A DNA stretch of 64,000 bases from Saccostrea echinata (taxonomy: Eukaryota): NCBI RefSeq assembly GCF_033153115.1, contig NW_026889809.1:992001-1056000 (forward strand), written 5' to 3'. The notes beneath the pieces were generated by a model. The model worked only from the letters and a program-made list of their open reading frames with translations, had not been told where the DNA came from and did no database searches. Numbering within the stretch: position 1 is the first letter of the stretch; every line of letters starts with the position of its first letter. Both the position numbers and the translations under genes were made by a program. Of this stretch, positions 12,701 through 25,126 are shown in pieces.

Positions 12701-15205
12701 TTGCACCGTGTAGGAACCCAGGATAGCGTGGGTCATAAACGAGCAGGGCAACCTACAAAGAGTGGTCAGTACAGAGATATAGCGTGGGTCATAAACGAGC
12801 AAGGCAACCTACAAAGAGTGGTCAGTACAGAGATATAACGTTGGTCATAAACGAGCACGCTAATATAGAGACTTATTCCGTAGCTGACTGTAAAAGATAT
12901 GTACCTATCAAAATATTACTTACTTTCCATTGTAAATATCTGCTCTGATCTGTAAACAAATCTGGTATCTGAAGAAAAAAGAAAAACATTTATGAAGTCT
13001 TATCAATTCTTCCCTGATGCTTCCACATATATCACAGTCTCAAAAAAAAGAAAATTTTCGCTTCCTTAAAAGATGATGTGTTTCTGTAAACTGCTACTTA
13101 TTTTGATGACCAGTCAAGAAAATTTCAACAATTTTTATTGATGATTGTCTGTTGTAAATAGCTTAAAAATGGGACATTAAATCAACATTTCTAATGTTGT
13201 TACATTGAACTTTCATAAAGTCCATATTTATTACACTTTCAGAGTATCAACTGAAGATTCACTTCAACATGACATTCACTGTCCAGCAGATTAATTCACC
13301 ATGTCATAATCCTACCTTGTTATGTCTTCATGAAGATGGGAAGGCTCTGGAGGATAAAATTTGACAGCAAACTCAAAAACCCAGGTCCCACCTACAAACA
13401 AATCAACATAGTATTAACACTAAATTCAAACAGCAGGTATAAACACACGTTTATTACGGGAGACTTTAGGATGGAATTCCCTCTATCCCAAAAATGACTT
13501 TTCTTATCAATGAACAAGTGTCTTTGTATCTGAATTATATTAAGAACACAGACAGGTTCTTGTTGCCAAAGCCAAGTTTAGGCAGAACAAATTACAATGG
13601 AGCAATTTCTAACCCACTACCAGGTATAGATGGTTTTCCTATGACATATTTGCCTCTGGGTTATTCCCCTTGGACGCCATCTTGTAGGACAAGGTAGTGG
13701 GCTGAACAACCAATTTTAAACATGTATGGCAGAAATATACAGGGGGAAAATATTAACAATATTGAAATTAGGAATTCAGAGATGCTTTAACAAGCATATA
13801 TTCATCAAAAAAATAGTGTTATCTACACCTCAGCACCAGCATAACAAGTTCAATTTCGTTGAACAAAGAAGGAATCAGGGAGATGTTGACCTACAATATT
13901 GTGGCCATGGGGAAATAACTCTTTCCAAAATTGCTTCAATGGAAAACTATCTACATACTAATTACCTCTATGTACTTCTGTAGAGCAATGTCACATCACT
14001 TTACAATGCTATACAATGTCAAATGATCTTATAAATAATACTAAACAATAAACTGTACTTACTTTTCACCTGCTTTGAAATTTTCTTCTCAAGGTTGAGC
14101 CAATACTGTGATAAAAAAATTATTTAAATTTAAACATATATAACTGTAAACTTATGTGCAAACAAAATAGAAATCTGAACAGAGGACTTAGTTACATACT
14201 CATAATCATAACAAACAGATTATTAACTAAATTACTGCTGTAATTCAAGAATAGGTTAATAGATAATTTAGGTGCAGGTTGACAGTCAACTCAAGTACAG
14301 TTTAACAGATAATATCATGACCAGTGAGCAGATATTTCCTGAAAAGGCTGACAGATAATTCCTGTAAAGGATAACAGACAATTCATGTAAAGGCTGACAG
14401 ATAACTCATGAACACATACCTTTACATCTTGAGCACCGGTGTACGTCAGACCAAAATATTCTTTTTCACTTATGTTCAACTTTTTGCATACTTCTTCAAA
14501 CAATTCTTTTCCCTCTGCATTCCTCTACAAATCACAAAAAATTCATTAGACCAATCTTCAGAAGGTAGCAAACAATGTTAAGGCCTTAATTTACTTAAGC
14601 ACGTAATATTCCTAAGTTTCTCTGGTAATTTAAGAAAGGGAATTCTAAGCGTTTACCATACTGACTAAAGAAACAAAGGTAAGAGTTATTCCTCTTTACT
14701 ACACTTTACTACAGCAAAGATTAATAAACATTCAGAAAAATTCTGTCAGGAATTGAAATTCATAGAATCATATCAATATACACAATGTCATAAAACAAAT
14801 CCTGCTTACATCAATTTCATGGTTAGCTTAGAATAAATGAAACATTACTAACATGGATAGCCCTCAACAAATATAGAGTTGGAATTATTTAAAGAGAAAT
14901 TATTCAGTTAACTTTTCATTATCCAAAATGGTGCACAATTAATATTGGAATAAACTGTCTAATCCATGAAATTTGTATTGATCATCTTTTTTTTTAAATT
15001 TCACATAAAACATGTCTAAACCTCCTCTGATGGTGTCTCACTCATAGAAAATGAACAATGCCTTGTTTGATTCACTTACATTGATGTCTGTTTCAAAGTC
15101 ATTTCCATCCAAAAGGAGAACACGACACAGCACCATCTTGTTAGATTTATGCTGTGTCGGTTTTACAGTCTCTCTACTCTCCCGATTCACTGAATCCTTT
15201 CTATC
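2290..15205 (-). CDS. EPB41: Protein 4.1 / coracle homolog (FERM-FA-variable-CTD). Coding exons: 15080-15205, 14420-14524, 14063-14105, 13316-13391, 12924-12968, 12573-12752, 12314-12401, 11802-11954, 11594-11688, 10861-11060, 10189-10379, 9757-9978, 9494-9556, 8995-9285, 6676-8067, 6547-6591, 5673-5738, 4978-5073, 4281-4376, 3923-4084, 3508-3711, 2630-2725, 2290-2394
   Basis: All introns are GT-AG with matching phases; exons sum to 4140 nt (1380 codons including TAG). FERM motifs: [128 protein letters not shown] motif: [10 protein letters not shown]. 4.1 CTD: [11 protein letters not shown]...[27 protein letters not shown]. Small central exons are less certain than FERM and CTD exons. Confidence 0.95.
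3746..3873. repeat. 64-bp tandem duplication in intron
   Basis: caccagtaggatacacataatatatacacagcatggacatacccgtacatc(a/g)gtgagccagtct twice. Confidence 0.9.
6676..8067 (-). CDS. EPB41: Giant 1392-nt phase 0-0 exon of protein 4.1 (464 aa, E/K/S-rich, probably disordered)
   Basis: Open frame covering ORF 6643-7998; acceptor ttttctcag|GAA at 8067; donor CCG|gtactg at 6676. Confidence 0.85.
8129..8374 (-). promoter_or_regulatory. Cluster of UGCAUG (Rbfox-type) splicing motifs upstream of the giant exon
   Basis: catgca on plus at 8129, 8200, 8244, 8292, 8369, plus catgc at 8166. Confidence 0.7.
11129..11561. mobile_element. MITE with long imperfect TIRs, CAT(a/c)...GATG termini, decayed 9-bp TSD
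   Basis: catattcccaagtc...ccttgacagaaagactga versus tcagtctttttggtcaagg...gacttgggaagatg; flanks tgtttagat / tgttttaat. Confidence 0.75.
11594..15205 (-). CDS. EPB41: FERM domain-encoding exons of protein 4.1
   Basis: Nine exons that translate contiguously into FERM N, central and C lobes. Confidence 0.95.
12539..12857. repeat. Duplicated donor (28-bp unit) and triplicated acceptor region (56-bp unit) around 4.1 exon 12573-12752
   Basis: acttacttgtgtgttttgtgtagttc twice; atagcgtgggtcataaacgagcagggcaacctacaaagagtggtcagtacagagat about 2.4 times. Confidence 0.9.
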
Positions 15206-15236
15206 CTGAAAAAACAACAAAGAATTAAATCTCCTA

Positions 15237-16047
15237 CAGTGATTTTTCTACACTCAATTTAGGTCCGAATATCGGCCCTTTCCCCTCTTAAAAATTACCG
15301 ATTTTTTCCCAATTTTCAACTGCTTTTTTCCCAAAATCAAAACGTATTGTTTTGGTTTAATTGAATTTTTTATGTACGACTTATCTAAAATGGAACGCTA
15401 TTGTTTTTGGTCATTCGGACGCTTAAAATAACGGCGAAAAACAACAGTTTAATTGTGTGTTTGCAAGACTTGGAAAATCGATCATGTGGAAGTCAAACTT
15501 TTGTGTCAATACATCGTAAGAAATTTAAATATGCATGTGAATCTGTTAAGCATAGCTTTATTTGTAATTTGCAAGTACTAGTAGTTCTACAACAAGTGTC
15601 CTTGATTTCACGAAAATTAAACTGTTTCTTCATCCTGCAGAGACTGGCATTGCAGAGAAATATGCGATACAGCAATACATGCTTGTAAATAGTGTCAAGA
15701 TTATTCCATCTCCAATGCGAGCAATAACGAGAAATCGGGAATGATTTTTTTTCTCAATTTATAATTCTACCATAATGGTAAAAAAAAAAAAGAATATCTA
15801 TAGGACAATCAAAATACAAAAATGAAAGAAAATTAAAATGTAGAACTGTCCATTTTGTTGAACTTGAAAAATTTTGTAGCAAATAAATTCAATAAATGAT
15901 ATTACATTTACTTATTATTTTATTTTACTTGTCAATATGAAGGTTAATTACAATCTTATTGTTTTTTCCCAATTTGACACAAATGTCGACAATTTTTCCC
16001 AATTGAAAAGGCACAGGCCCCTTTTAAAAATTGTAGAAAAATCACTG
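15237..16047. mobile_element. Non-autonomous TIR DNA transposon (hAT-like CAGTG termini)
   Basis: Perfect 16-bp TIR cagtgatttttctaca / tgtagaaaaatcactg, with tccta directly repeated on both sides. Confidence 0.85.
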
Positions 16048-17079
16048 TCCTAATTTACCACACTTATTAAAATACACTTCCACATCTTCAAATAAAATGG
16101 AGACAATTCATCAGTCCCAATATTATGAAGGTTACAGAATTTTTAAATAGATCCAATGTAGTTTATTCTACCTATAATGTGTAAAGATAATCCATCTTAA
16201 TAAACACTAAATCACAACCAATGTTATAATTACATGCAGAACATATTTCTGGCCACACTTTGTGAATTTATTTATAATCACAATTCACATACTGAAATCA
16301 ATCAAAAAACACTGAAAGTGAAAACACATCGACAAGGTAATGACTACTGTTAGAATCAATTGACGGTCAAGGAAATAGTTGAACTATATGACACATAAGA
16401 ACTCGGTAATTAACACAGCAGGAGTCAAATCGGAAGAGCCCTGGGGGAGAGGCTGGTTGTCTCTCAGAAGACAGGTCTTAGAATATTCTCACTTCAAGTA
16501 CAAAGGTCTATCAATATTAAGATCATTATGACTCATATGTGATATTACAATATTTACCAAAATTAAGCTTAACGCCGATATCGTACAGACGTGTGTGTAA
16601 ACAATGCTTGAAGCACTATCAAAGAGGCCTACCCCGCCATGCCTCAGCAAATTCAAAATAACACAAATTAGGTCACGCACGTACTAAAGATAACTATGCT
16701 CAAAATAGAAATCAATAGGTATAGTTGTTCGATATAATGATATTGAGCGTAACAAAATCAAAACCTACCGGAAACAAGAATTAAAGAATGCCCCTGAATT
16801 TCTCTCCCGTTCAAGCGAGCTTGTATAGCAAACTATGACATCACAACCTTCCCAAAATTCCAAGCTTCTGTAAAATAAAGGTGAAGGTCTCCGCAGGTGG
16901 GGAAATCCAAAACGGCAAATTTTTGATAGACATTGACGACGAATAAATTTTTGTGCATTACATATATAGATAATAGTTTCTGAAAAACTAGAACATCAAT
17001 TTATTCACCGAATTTAATTTTTTTCAGCCTTCAGGAGACTGTTCTTATGTACGACCTACCTAAAGAGAGTCATGACGTC

Positions 17080-17760
17080 GGTAACGGGATGTTTCGCACC
17101 TATGCATGGTTCGCCCCCCGATATTTCGCGCCAATTCTGTTTCGCGCTGAGATGGTTCGCCCCACGATGTTTCACAAATAAATGTGCTACTGAGTTTATA
17201 GTTCATTTAACAACATTTTAGATTTTAAATATATGTAAATATAGATATTTTTGGAACATTTTTTTTTAATTTAAGAAGATTTTATTTGAAGCAGAGACGT
17301 AAATTATTTATGTCTGTGTTTGAAGTATACATACATAGCATAATTATGAATTATTATAACACCGTGCTAAATACGTATAAGTAGATAATATATTATAATA
17401 CCGCCATCTAATTAAGTAATTATTGCTGGCTTGGACAACCCACATATCAACTTAAATTCTCTCTTTTTGATCTCCAACTTATTACAATTAAATCCTCATT
17501 GAAACACTGTTGAATTGTTGAACAGACACGCTGAGCAAACGGGCACCGTACGATCCTTAACTTTAGCAGACGTTATTAAGTCATGAATCTGAGCACACAA
17601 AATATTTATATCCTATTTGAGATAAATAATTTAAAACGGATGAAAATGTGATGAAATGTTTAAAATAAAACGTGAGATGTTTCGCGCCCAAATCGGCGCG
17701 AATCATCCTGGCGCGAACCATCTCAGTGCGAAATAGAATCGGCGCGAAACATCCCGGATT
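17080..17760. mobile_element. MITE with CpG-rich subterminal inverted repeats and 8-10 bp TSD (CATGACGTC)
   Basis: cgggatgtttcgc... versus ...gcgaaacatcccg; catgacgtc at 17071-17079 and 17761-17769. Confidence 0.88.
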
Positions 17761-18064
17761 CATGACGTCACAGAGCGGGAACTGTGTAGAGAACATAATC
17801 AGGTTATTTCTTACAAGTACAGTAATCGTAGAAGGTTGGTAGTAATAGGCATGTGTGGGGAAAAAATCTTGATTTCTACTGTTTACATAGATCTAAGTTA
17901 GAACAGAATATAACCCAAAAATGTGGACATAAATTGACAGTGCAAGAAGTTAGATCTAAATGATTTCCCGAGGAATCAATCTCTTAAACAGATGGGATAC
18001 ACAAAAATTTGTTTGTCAAATTTTATTGCTTTTTAAATATTTTGATGATTTATAACATTTATAG

Positions 18065-18721
18065 CAGGGTTTGACACTAACTTTAAAGCCTGTAGGGCTA
18101 GCAATTGGTAATTCTGACTAGCCCTGTTCACGAATTGTTGAATGTTGTCCAGCAGCCAAAGTCTCTGGCCAAGTCACAAAGCAATGAGGGGGGTAGGTGC
18201 GAGAGGGGGTTTTATGGAGGTGGGGGTATGGGGGCTTCCCCCTGTAAAATTTTGAAAACAAATCCTGCCTTCTGGCTGATTTTTCTGAATTTGGGCAAAA
18301 TTATGCCCCTTTATAGACATTTTTCATTATTGAAAGATTCCACTATTTATTTTATAAACCTCACTTTTCAAGGTTAATTCATCATCTACATCAGTGCATT
18401 GCTTGTAACAGTATTCTCTGTTTACACATCAGAGTTTCAAACATTTGGTGATAAAAATTATTGATAGGTCAGACCAGAACAACATACTTCAGCCAAAAAG
18501 AAAATCAACAGTTCAATTTGTCTGGTGATGATTCAAACGGCATTCCTTAAACCTCACTAACAAATGTGGATTTTGTACTTTTTTTTATTAATCTTGCATA
18601 AGTGAGTGTGCAGTATTTAAAATTTCAGTATCTCCGCAGGACAAGCCTGCTTGATGGCTCACTAAGTAGCCCAAATTTCAGTTGTCATGGGCTAGCGGGC
18701 TACTGTTAGGGTCAAACCCTG
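18065..18721. mobile_element. hAT-like non-autonomous element
   Basis: TIR cagggtttgacactaac / gttagggtcaaaccctg; no clear TSD. Confidence 0.7.
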
Positions 18722-21700
18722 TATTAGTTAAATGACTTGTCTCTAATTTTTTGCACTGTAAATGTATATCCCATTTGGGATATTATATTCAAAATGAGCT
18801 ATTCTGTCACTCTGAGCCTTACCACTGACATTATCATTTTAATGTTGAGCATTCGATTTATCTTCTATTCATATATAGTAGTTCTTATTAGAGACAATTG
18901 ATATTCCTGTAAAATTGTCATTCCCCCAGCAAAACCCTCTTTTAGTTGAAGGGCACTTAAAATTTTATTAATAAGATGTAAATAAAGCCCTTGATTAAAA
19001 ATACAACAAATCCATTCTTTTAATAAAATTATATGGGGCATAAGGTTTTGATATAGGGTTTGTGACTTCTCAGTAAAATTAAGGTGCCTGTGCTAATATA
19101 ATCCTATTTTAAGTGCTGAAGAGGAACTGTTTAAGTACCAGTCATTTGTATTGTCAGTCCTTCTGAGATTACAGGTCTTAATATTCACTGCATCCAGGTC
19201 CAGTAATAGGATCTAAATGTCCCAATTAAAAATTGAGTCTTTTTTCCCCCCAAAATTAAAGTAAAAAATTCCAAATAACAGATTGTATTTTTCAGTGATT
19301 TTTATATAAAACTTGAATTTTGAGATTATAATGATTTATAAATAAGCCTACAATCTAACCCCTTAATCTACAATAAGACATAATATACATGCCAATATTT
19401 TCAAATTTAGCCACTTTTTCAATTTGAAATTCCTGATTGAAACAATGAAAGGGTACAGGAAACTACCAAAAAGGGTCAATTCAGCCCTGGCTGATGAGGG
19501 GGAATTATAATGTCATCTTATTTACCAATAATTAACATCCTGAGGAAAGTACCCTGGAACCAGGACTAATTTTCCCTTCATGCAATCCACCAAATGTCTA
19601 GATATTAAGTCTGAACACCAGTTTGATTAGGAAATTTTAATAAGTGTATATAGATATATCGTTATGATACTGATGTATAGGTATAAAGGATTAAATTACA
19701 CTTAATAATTAAAGTACTAGTTACAAACCTCAATGTAAGTCATTTTATAAACATCCCAACATATAATGCTATTATTTCTCCACTTTTTTGTGACACTTGT
19801 TGTACAGAAGAAACATGTGTTACATAATGTTATCATTGTGTGGGTGCCTCCAGGGGAGATAATCATCACTTATAGGTAGAAACAGCATTACCTCCCCTGA
19901 GGTGAAAATGTCACTAGGAAGTTAGCACACCAAGGTGTTCTGAGAAAACAGAGTGATAAATGTCTTACAATGATAGAACATATTGTGTTCCACTTGATTC
20001 TCTTTTGTCAGACAATTAACAGGTCATTATTTGGCAAATTGGAGTTAAAAGTGTTGGAAAAATCAGTGCCTACTTTTAGCATTTATACAGTCTGTTATAT
20101 ATAATTTAATATCCCAATTCTAAAGTTATATATACATAAAATACTTTTTTTTCCCTCTTATATGCCTCAAATAGAATCTATAATCATTATCTCATTTTTG
20201 AAGAGTTAACTTTCATGAATTACTTTCTTTCACCCTAATATGACTAGTAATCATATAAATAGTTTAGAATCTATTATAATTATGGAGTTAAATGTACATG
20301 TATTACTTTTTTCAGGAAAGATAAAATTACTACACAAAAGTCAAAAAATTGAATGCAAGAAACAGTAACTAACTAACTTTATCCCAAAGTTTATATCAGA
20401 TTTTGTGACAATCTAGATGTTTCACTGGAGGTTTAGTTGGAATAACTATTTACTCATTAGATTTTATGAAGGTCAATGTCTTGTTTCCAGTGCAGGGAAA
20501 AAAAAGGTTTAATATCAGTAATGTTAAAAAGTCTGAATGGTAGAGGGTTATTTTTAACCTCCTTAGATCCTGGTGTGTGATTCATGGCAGATATAAATTA
20601 GATTCTATGATGTTTGTTTTAAGTAGGCAGGGAATGAGGCAAAAAAAAAAAGTACACAAAATTCAGAAACAGAAGTCAGCAATAAAAACAGCATCTGGGA
20701 AGCACTCAATTCACATAAAACTGACAAATCCAACAGAAAATCAAATTCTTGTGAATTAAATAACTAGAATGCCTGACATGTCAGAGAAGGTGTGTGCTCT
20801 CAGGTAGCACCATTAAAGCGGTCATATTACAGGTGACATGAATACAGACAGTTGATTTCAACACCTAACTGTGACCTGATGAGCCCATGGTCACTGAAGC
20901 AGTGCTGGGAGTACTATACACAGAATCTGTAGTAACTCTGGCCACCACATCTGGTTTGTGTAACCTGTCTATTGAGCTCCACAGATGGTTTAGCTGTGTA
21001 CATTAGCTTATGGGGGTGTATTGATAGTGAACCTTGAGAACTACTGGTGATTGATGGAGGGCATCTATCTGTCTGTAGCCTTTATCAAGATAAAGATGGA
21101 TGCAGCCTTTAATGTCAGGAAACACACTCACAGGGATAATGGCCACATTCAACAAAATATTTAACCACAGCACAAAAAAAAAAAAAATACATTGCTAAAT
21201 TCATATCCTGCATGCCATGTGCTCTGATGACAGTATAATTTTACACATAGTTAACCTGAAAACTATTTTTAAATAACTCTGATAAGTACAATTTTACACA
21301 TTGTTAACCCATAAACTATTTCTAAATAACTCTGATCTGCATTTAATCTGTTAGGAGTTTCCCAGAGAATGTTACACAGAGGTTGTGATTATCCAGTACC
21401 AGATGGTTATTATGATGAGAGATACTTCTATTACAGATATGTAACTCATTACATGAAGGTTTTATACAGAAGCTGGGTTTATATAAAGGGGTTCACATGC
21501 AGATACATGGATCAGTGGTCCATTTGAATTTTGTCACTGTTGAAAGTAAACTGGCTACAGATATCAGCATATAGAATAGTTACCTGCTAATTGTTATCAC
21601 AAATCAATTGTATAAATGCTTTCATCGGTCCACATTCTGATATAGAAATCTTGTTATCAGAGATTGACATCTGGCATTGAGATCTGACATTGACATCTCT

Positions 21701-24274
21701 GACATCAGGGTTCATTTAAACTTCAAAGCTCAGAGTGTATTTATTATAATTATCTCTGCTCCAGTACAAATAGAAAGGAACATTATGAAGAAATGGCCAA
21801 CTTTGACTAAAAATTAAAATGCAGGTTACCTGGAATTCCAAATTATATCCTTAATGCAGGTTACCTGGAATTCCAAATTATATCCTTAATTACTTGATTT
21901 TTTACTTTGAGTCTAGTAGTATGCAGTCAGATTATATAATTTGAATTTATTCAAGCTAAACAGAGAGATTATAAAGATTTTTCCTCCATGAATGTGATCA
22001 GGCAACAGAATTATTTGAAGACCCCTTGACTTGATTTGGCAGAATCCTTAGAAATTCTCACTACTATAAAAAGACTACTACCTTTGCATATGTAATAATT
22101 CTTTGTATTTTTTGTAGAATGTGTGAGACAGGCAAACCTGTTATGTGAATGTCAGAGACTTGCCTACCTGTGTGAAAACAATGCAGAAAGTCCAGAATTA
22201 GACAGGTATTGCACACCTTTATACACCTGGTTACAACTTCTGACTAAGTACAATATTAACACGGTACTAACTAGGAAGGCTAAGACCAATATGATACTCT
22301 GTCTCAGAAAATGCCCACTGGTTATATACACACAATAAAGCATTAAACAGTTGTATACAGTAGGGAAAGGTGAATCACCAGAGTAAACAGATAAAATAAG
22401 ACAGAGGTGTGAAGAGTTAGGAATATTCAGCATACATTAATTCTGGAGTTAAAAACTGATATACTCCAAGATTATAGAAAACCAGAGAAATCATAAACTG
22501 GCTTACCTTACAGTCCCCACAACACCAGACACACAGTAAACAGAATCAATAGATCATATGTAAAACACATCTTTCCAGAACGGCAGTGACCCTGCTACCA
22601 TAACACGCTTATAACTGTGGAGATCTAACTGCAGAGTTGATATAGCCTCACAGATGCATTACGTTAGAAGAATATTATTATTATGATAAATAATGATACA
22701 TATATATGCAACATAATTTTGAAATTAATCCATAGAACACACAAATATATACTAAAATAATTATCAGCGACAGTAACTTCCTTAAGGCTGTATGTACTTA
22801 GTGTTGTAGATACTGGAGTTAGTTGATAATGCCCCAGACATCCGAGTCAAACTATGGAATCAATACCAACACACTGTCTACTCAAGATGACAACAGAGGC
22901 ACTCTGTATCTCAAACTTTGTCTTGGTGGTGACTCACAACAGTGTTTACTTTTGATGGAGGAAGAAAATCCTAATTTGCATGTTATTTGAATTGCATAGC
23001 ATGTTTTTTACGAAGTGCATGTAGTCAGATTTGTTGTGGGATAAGACTTGTTCGAGAGCCAGTTAGACGTCTGACAGGTTGTTTTCTCCTAAAATAAGAT
23101 GGATTACGTGAAATCAGAAAATAATAGCATAGTTGTAATAATTCTCTGGAGGTAATCAATACTGTTTAAACAAAACACTTGTAAGGAAAACGATAAGGTG
23201 ATGAAAACTGACAAAGCTCCCTTTTTGCATAGCAAATCGAGCAGAATATTAGAGAGGGTGTAGATTATGTAAATTTTCTGCCCCCCCCTGATTTCTTGGG
23301 GCCTTGGATACCTGTGATTAATGGCTCCAGGTAAAAAAAACACAATCTGAATGTCACCCAATACCTTTTAGATGCCGTCTGTAAAAATGGACAAGTTTAC
23401 AACTAAATAATTGGCAGTAAAAGATTTAAATGTTGCTAAAATGTCTTCATCATTTGAAGAAAACTTTTTTAGATAATAAGCATGTGGGTTATCCAATTTC
23501 TGCAGTTTGTAGCACATTTGCAGTCTTTGTTCACCTGTAAAATTCATGTGTAGGCGTCTGTGAGTAAGACTTGATAAGAGTGACATCATAAATATCCAAG
23601 TTATAAATATCTCAAATCCATACTTAAAAAAAAAAAATAGAGAGTCCCACAATCAGCATGTCTCCAGAGTTATTTTGCCAATAAAACTTAAAATGACAGC
23701 ATTGTAAGTCTGTTTTAGCAAAGGGTGTGGGTGTTTATACAACAGAAAATGACCTCCACTTCCAGTTTTGTTATCTTATAAATTCTCAAGAAATGGAGAA
23801 CATGGATACAAATAAAGATGTAATGCAGCTGGTATCTGTTAGGATGCCAGGAAAGCTCTTATTAACACAACAGTCTAAACCGCATCACTCACATTTAAAA
23901 TAATCTTTACACCGAAAACATGTCAAAATATTTGTGTCTTCCACATGATATGATACATGAAAGAAGTGAGGGGGTTTCTAAGCACTGATGTGTTAGGTAT
24001 GCTTGGTGAGTTTTTTAGAAGAGTAAATAAGATATTGGCTGATGTTAGGTATGCTTAGTGAGTTTGTTTGTGGCTGATGTCTACATCTGTATGGACAGGA
24101 GACTGTGACAGTTGTCGTATAATGTGTGTGTGCAATTATCCAAGAATGTCTTTATGAAGGAGCAGACACTGGTCTGACAACAATCATTGACATTGCAGAG
24201 CTCTAATAAAGCTCTAAAATCTAACTTGTCAGCAACTTGGCCTGGAATCTGTCAGTAGCTTAAAGAATACATGT

Positions 24275-24508
24275 ACTAGAATCTAATTGTCTACCAGTAA
24301 CAAAATACTAGAATCTAACTATCAACAAGCAACAAAATACTAGAATCTAACTGTCAACAAGCAACAAAATGCTAGAATCCAACTGTCAACAAGCAACAAA
24401 ATACTAGAATCTAACTGTTAAAAACTTATAGAATACTAGAATCTAACTGTTAAAAACTTATAGAATACTAAAAACTAGCTGTTAAAAACTTATACAATAC
24501 TAGAATCT
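24275..24508. repeat. 33-bp minisatellite, about 7 copies
   Basis: tactagaatctaactgtcaacaagcaacaaaa variants. Confidence 0.85.
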
Positions 24509-25126
24509 TCCAACAATTTACAGAAAACAATAATTTGTCGGAATATTATAATATAACCACAAGCTGTAGAATCTCATAAGCTATCACACACAACACCACA
24601 TTGTTTATTAAGTTAAGACATTGCTACAATATTTCTATTACTTTACAGTTTGTCTGCTTAACGAGGCCCAATCTATGTAGTTGGCATTTACAAAATGGAC
24701 TGGTAAATTATATGTTTGAATTATAGACATATATTTTTATGTACCATGCTAAGAAAAATTGGATTGAAATTTTGTTACCATGCCTTGATTGTAGTGGAAT
24801 GAAACCTTTTTCAAAATATGGACCATTTTTGTGGTTTTACACAGAATTATAAGTTAAAAACCACCTAATAAGCAAATGGAATTGACAGATTAAAAAAATA
24901 TACTGGTATATATTTATATAATGAAATGTTTTACATTTCACGTATTATGCAATATCCATTCTCATTTAAAAAATGAAAAGAAAATTGGGGGTAGCCTTTA
25001 TTGCAATGAAAAGTTAGGTGGCACTAAAATAGAGCATTTAATGCTTGCAGATGATCCAATGAGAAAGAAACTGATTGCTGAAAAAGAAATGTATGTTGTA
25101 ATTACAAGAAACAAAGAATCGACAAA

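Noticed and set aside
22123-22560. Short ORFs and a strong minus-strand donor at 22507
   Set aside because: No in-frame ATG or homology; a UTR exon cannot be supported from sequence alone.
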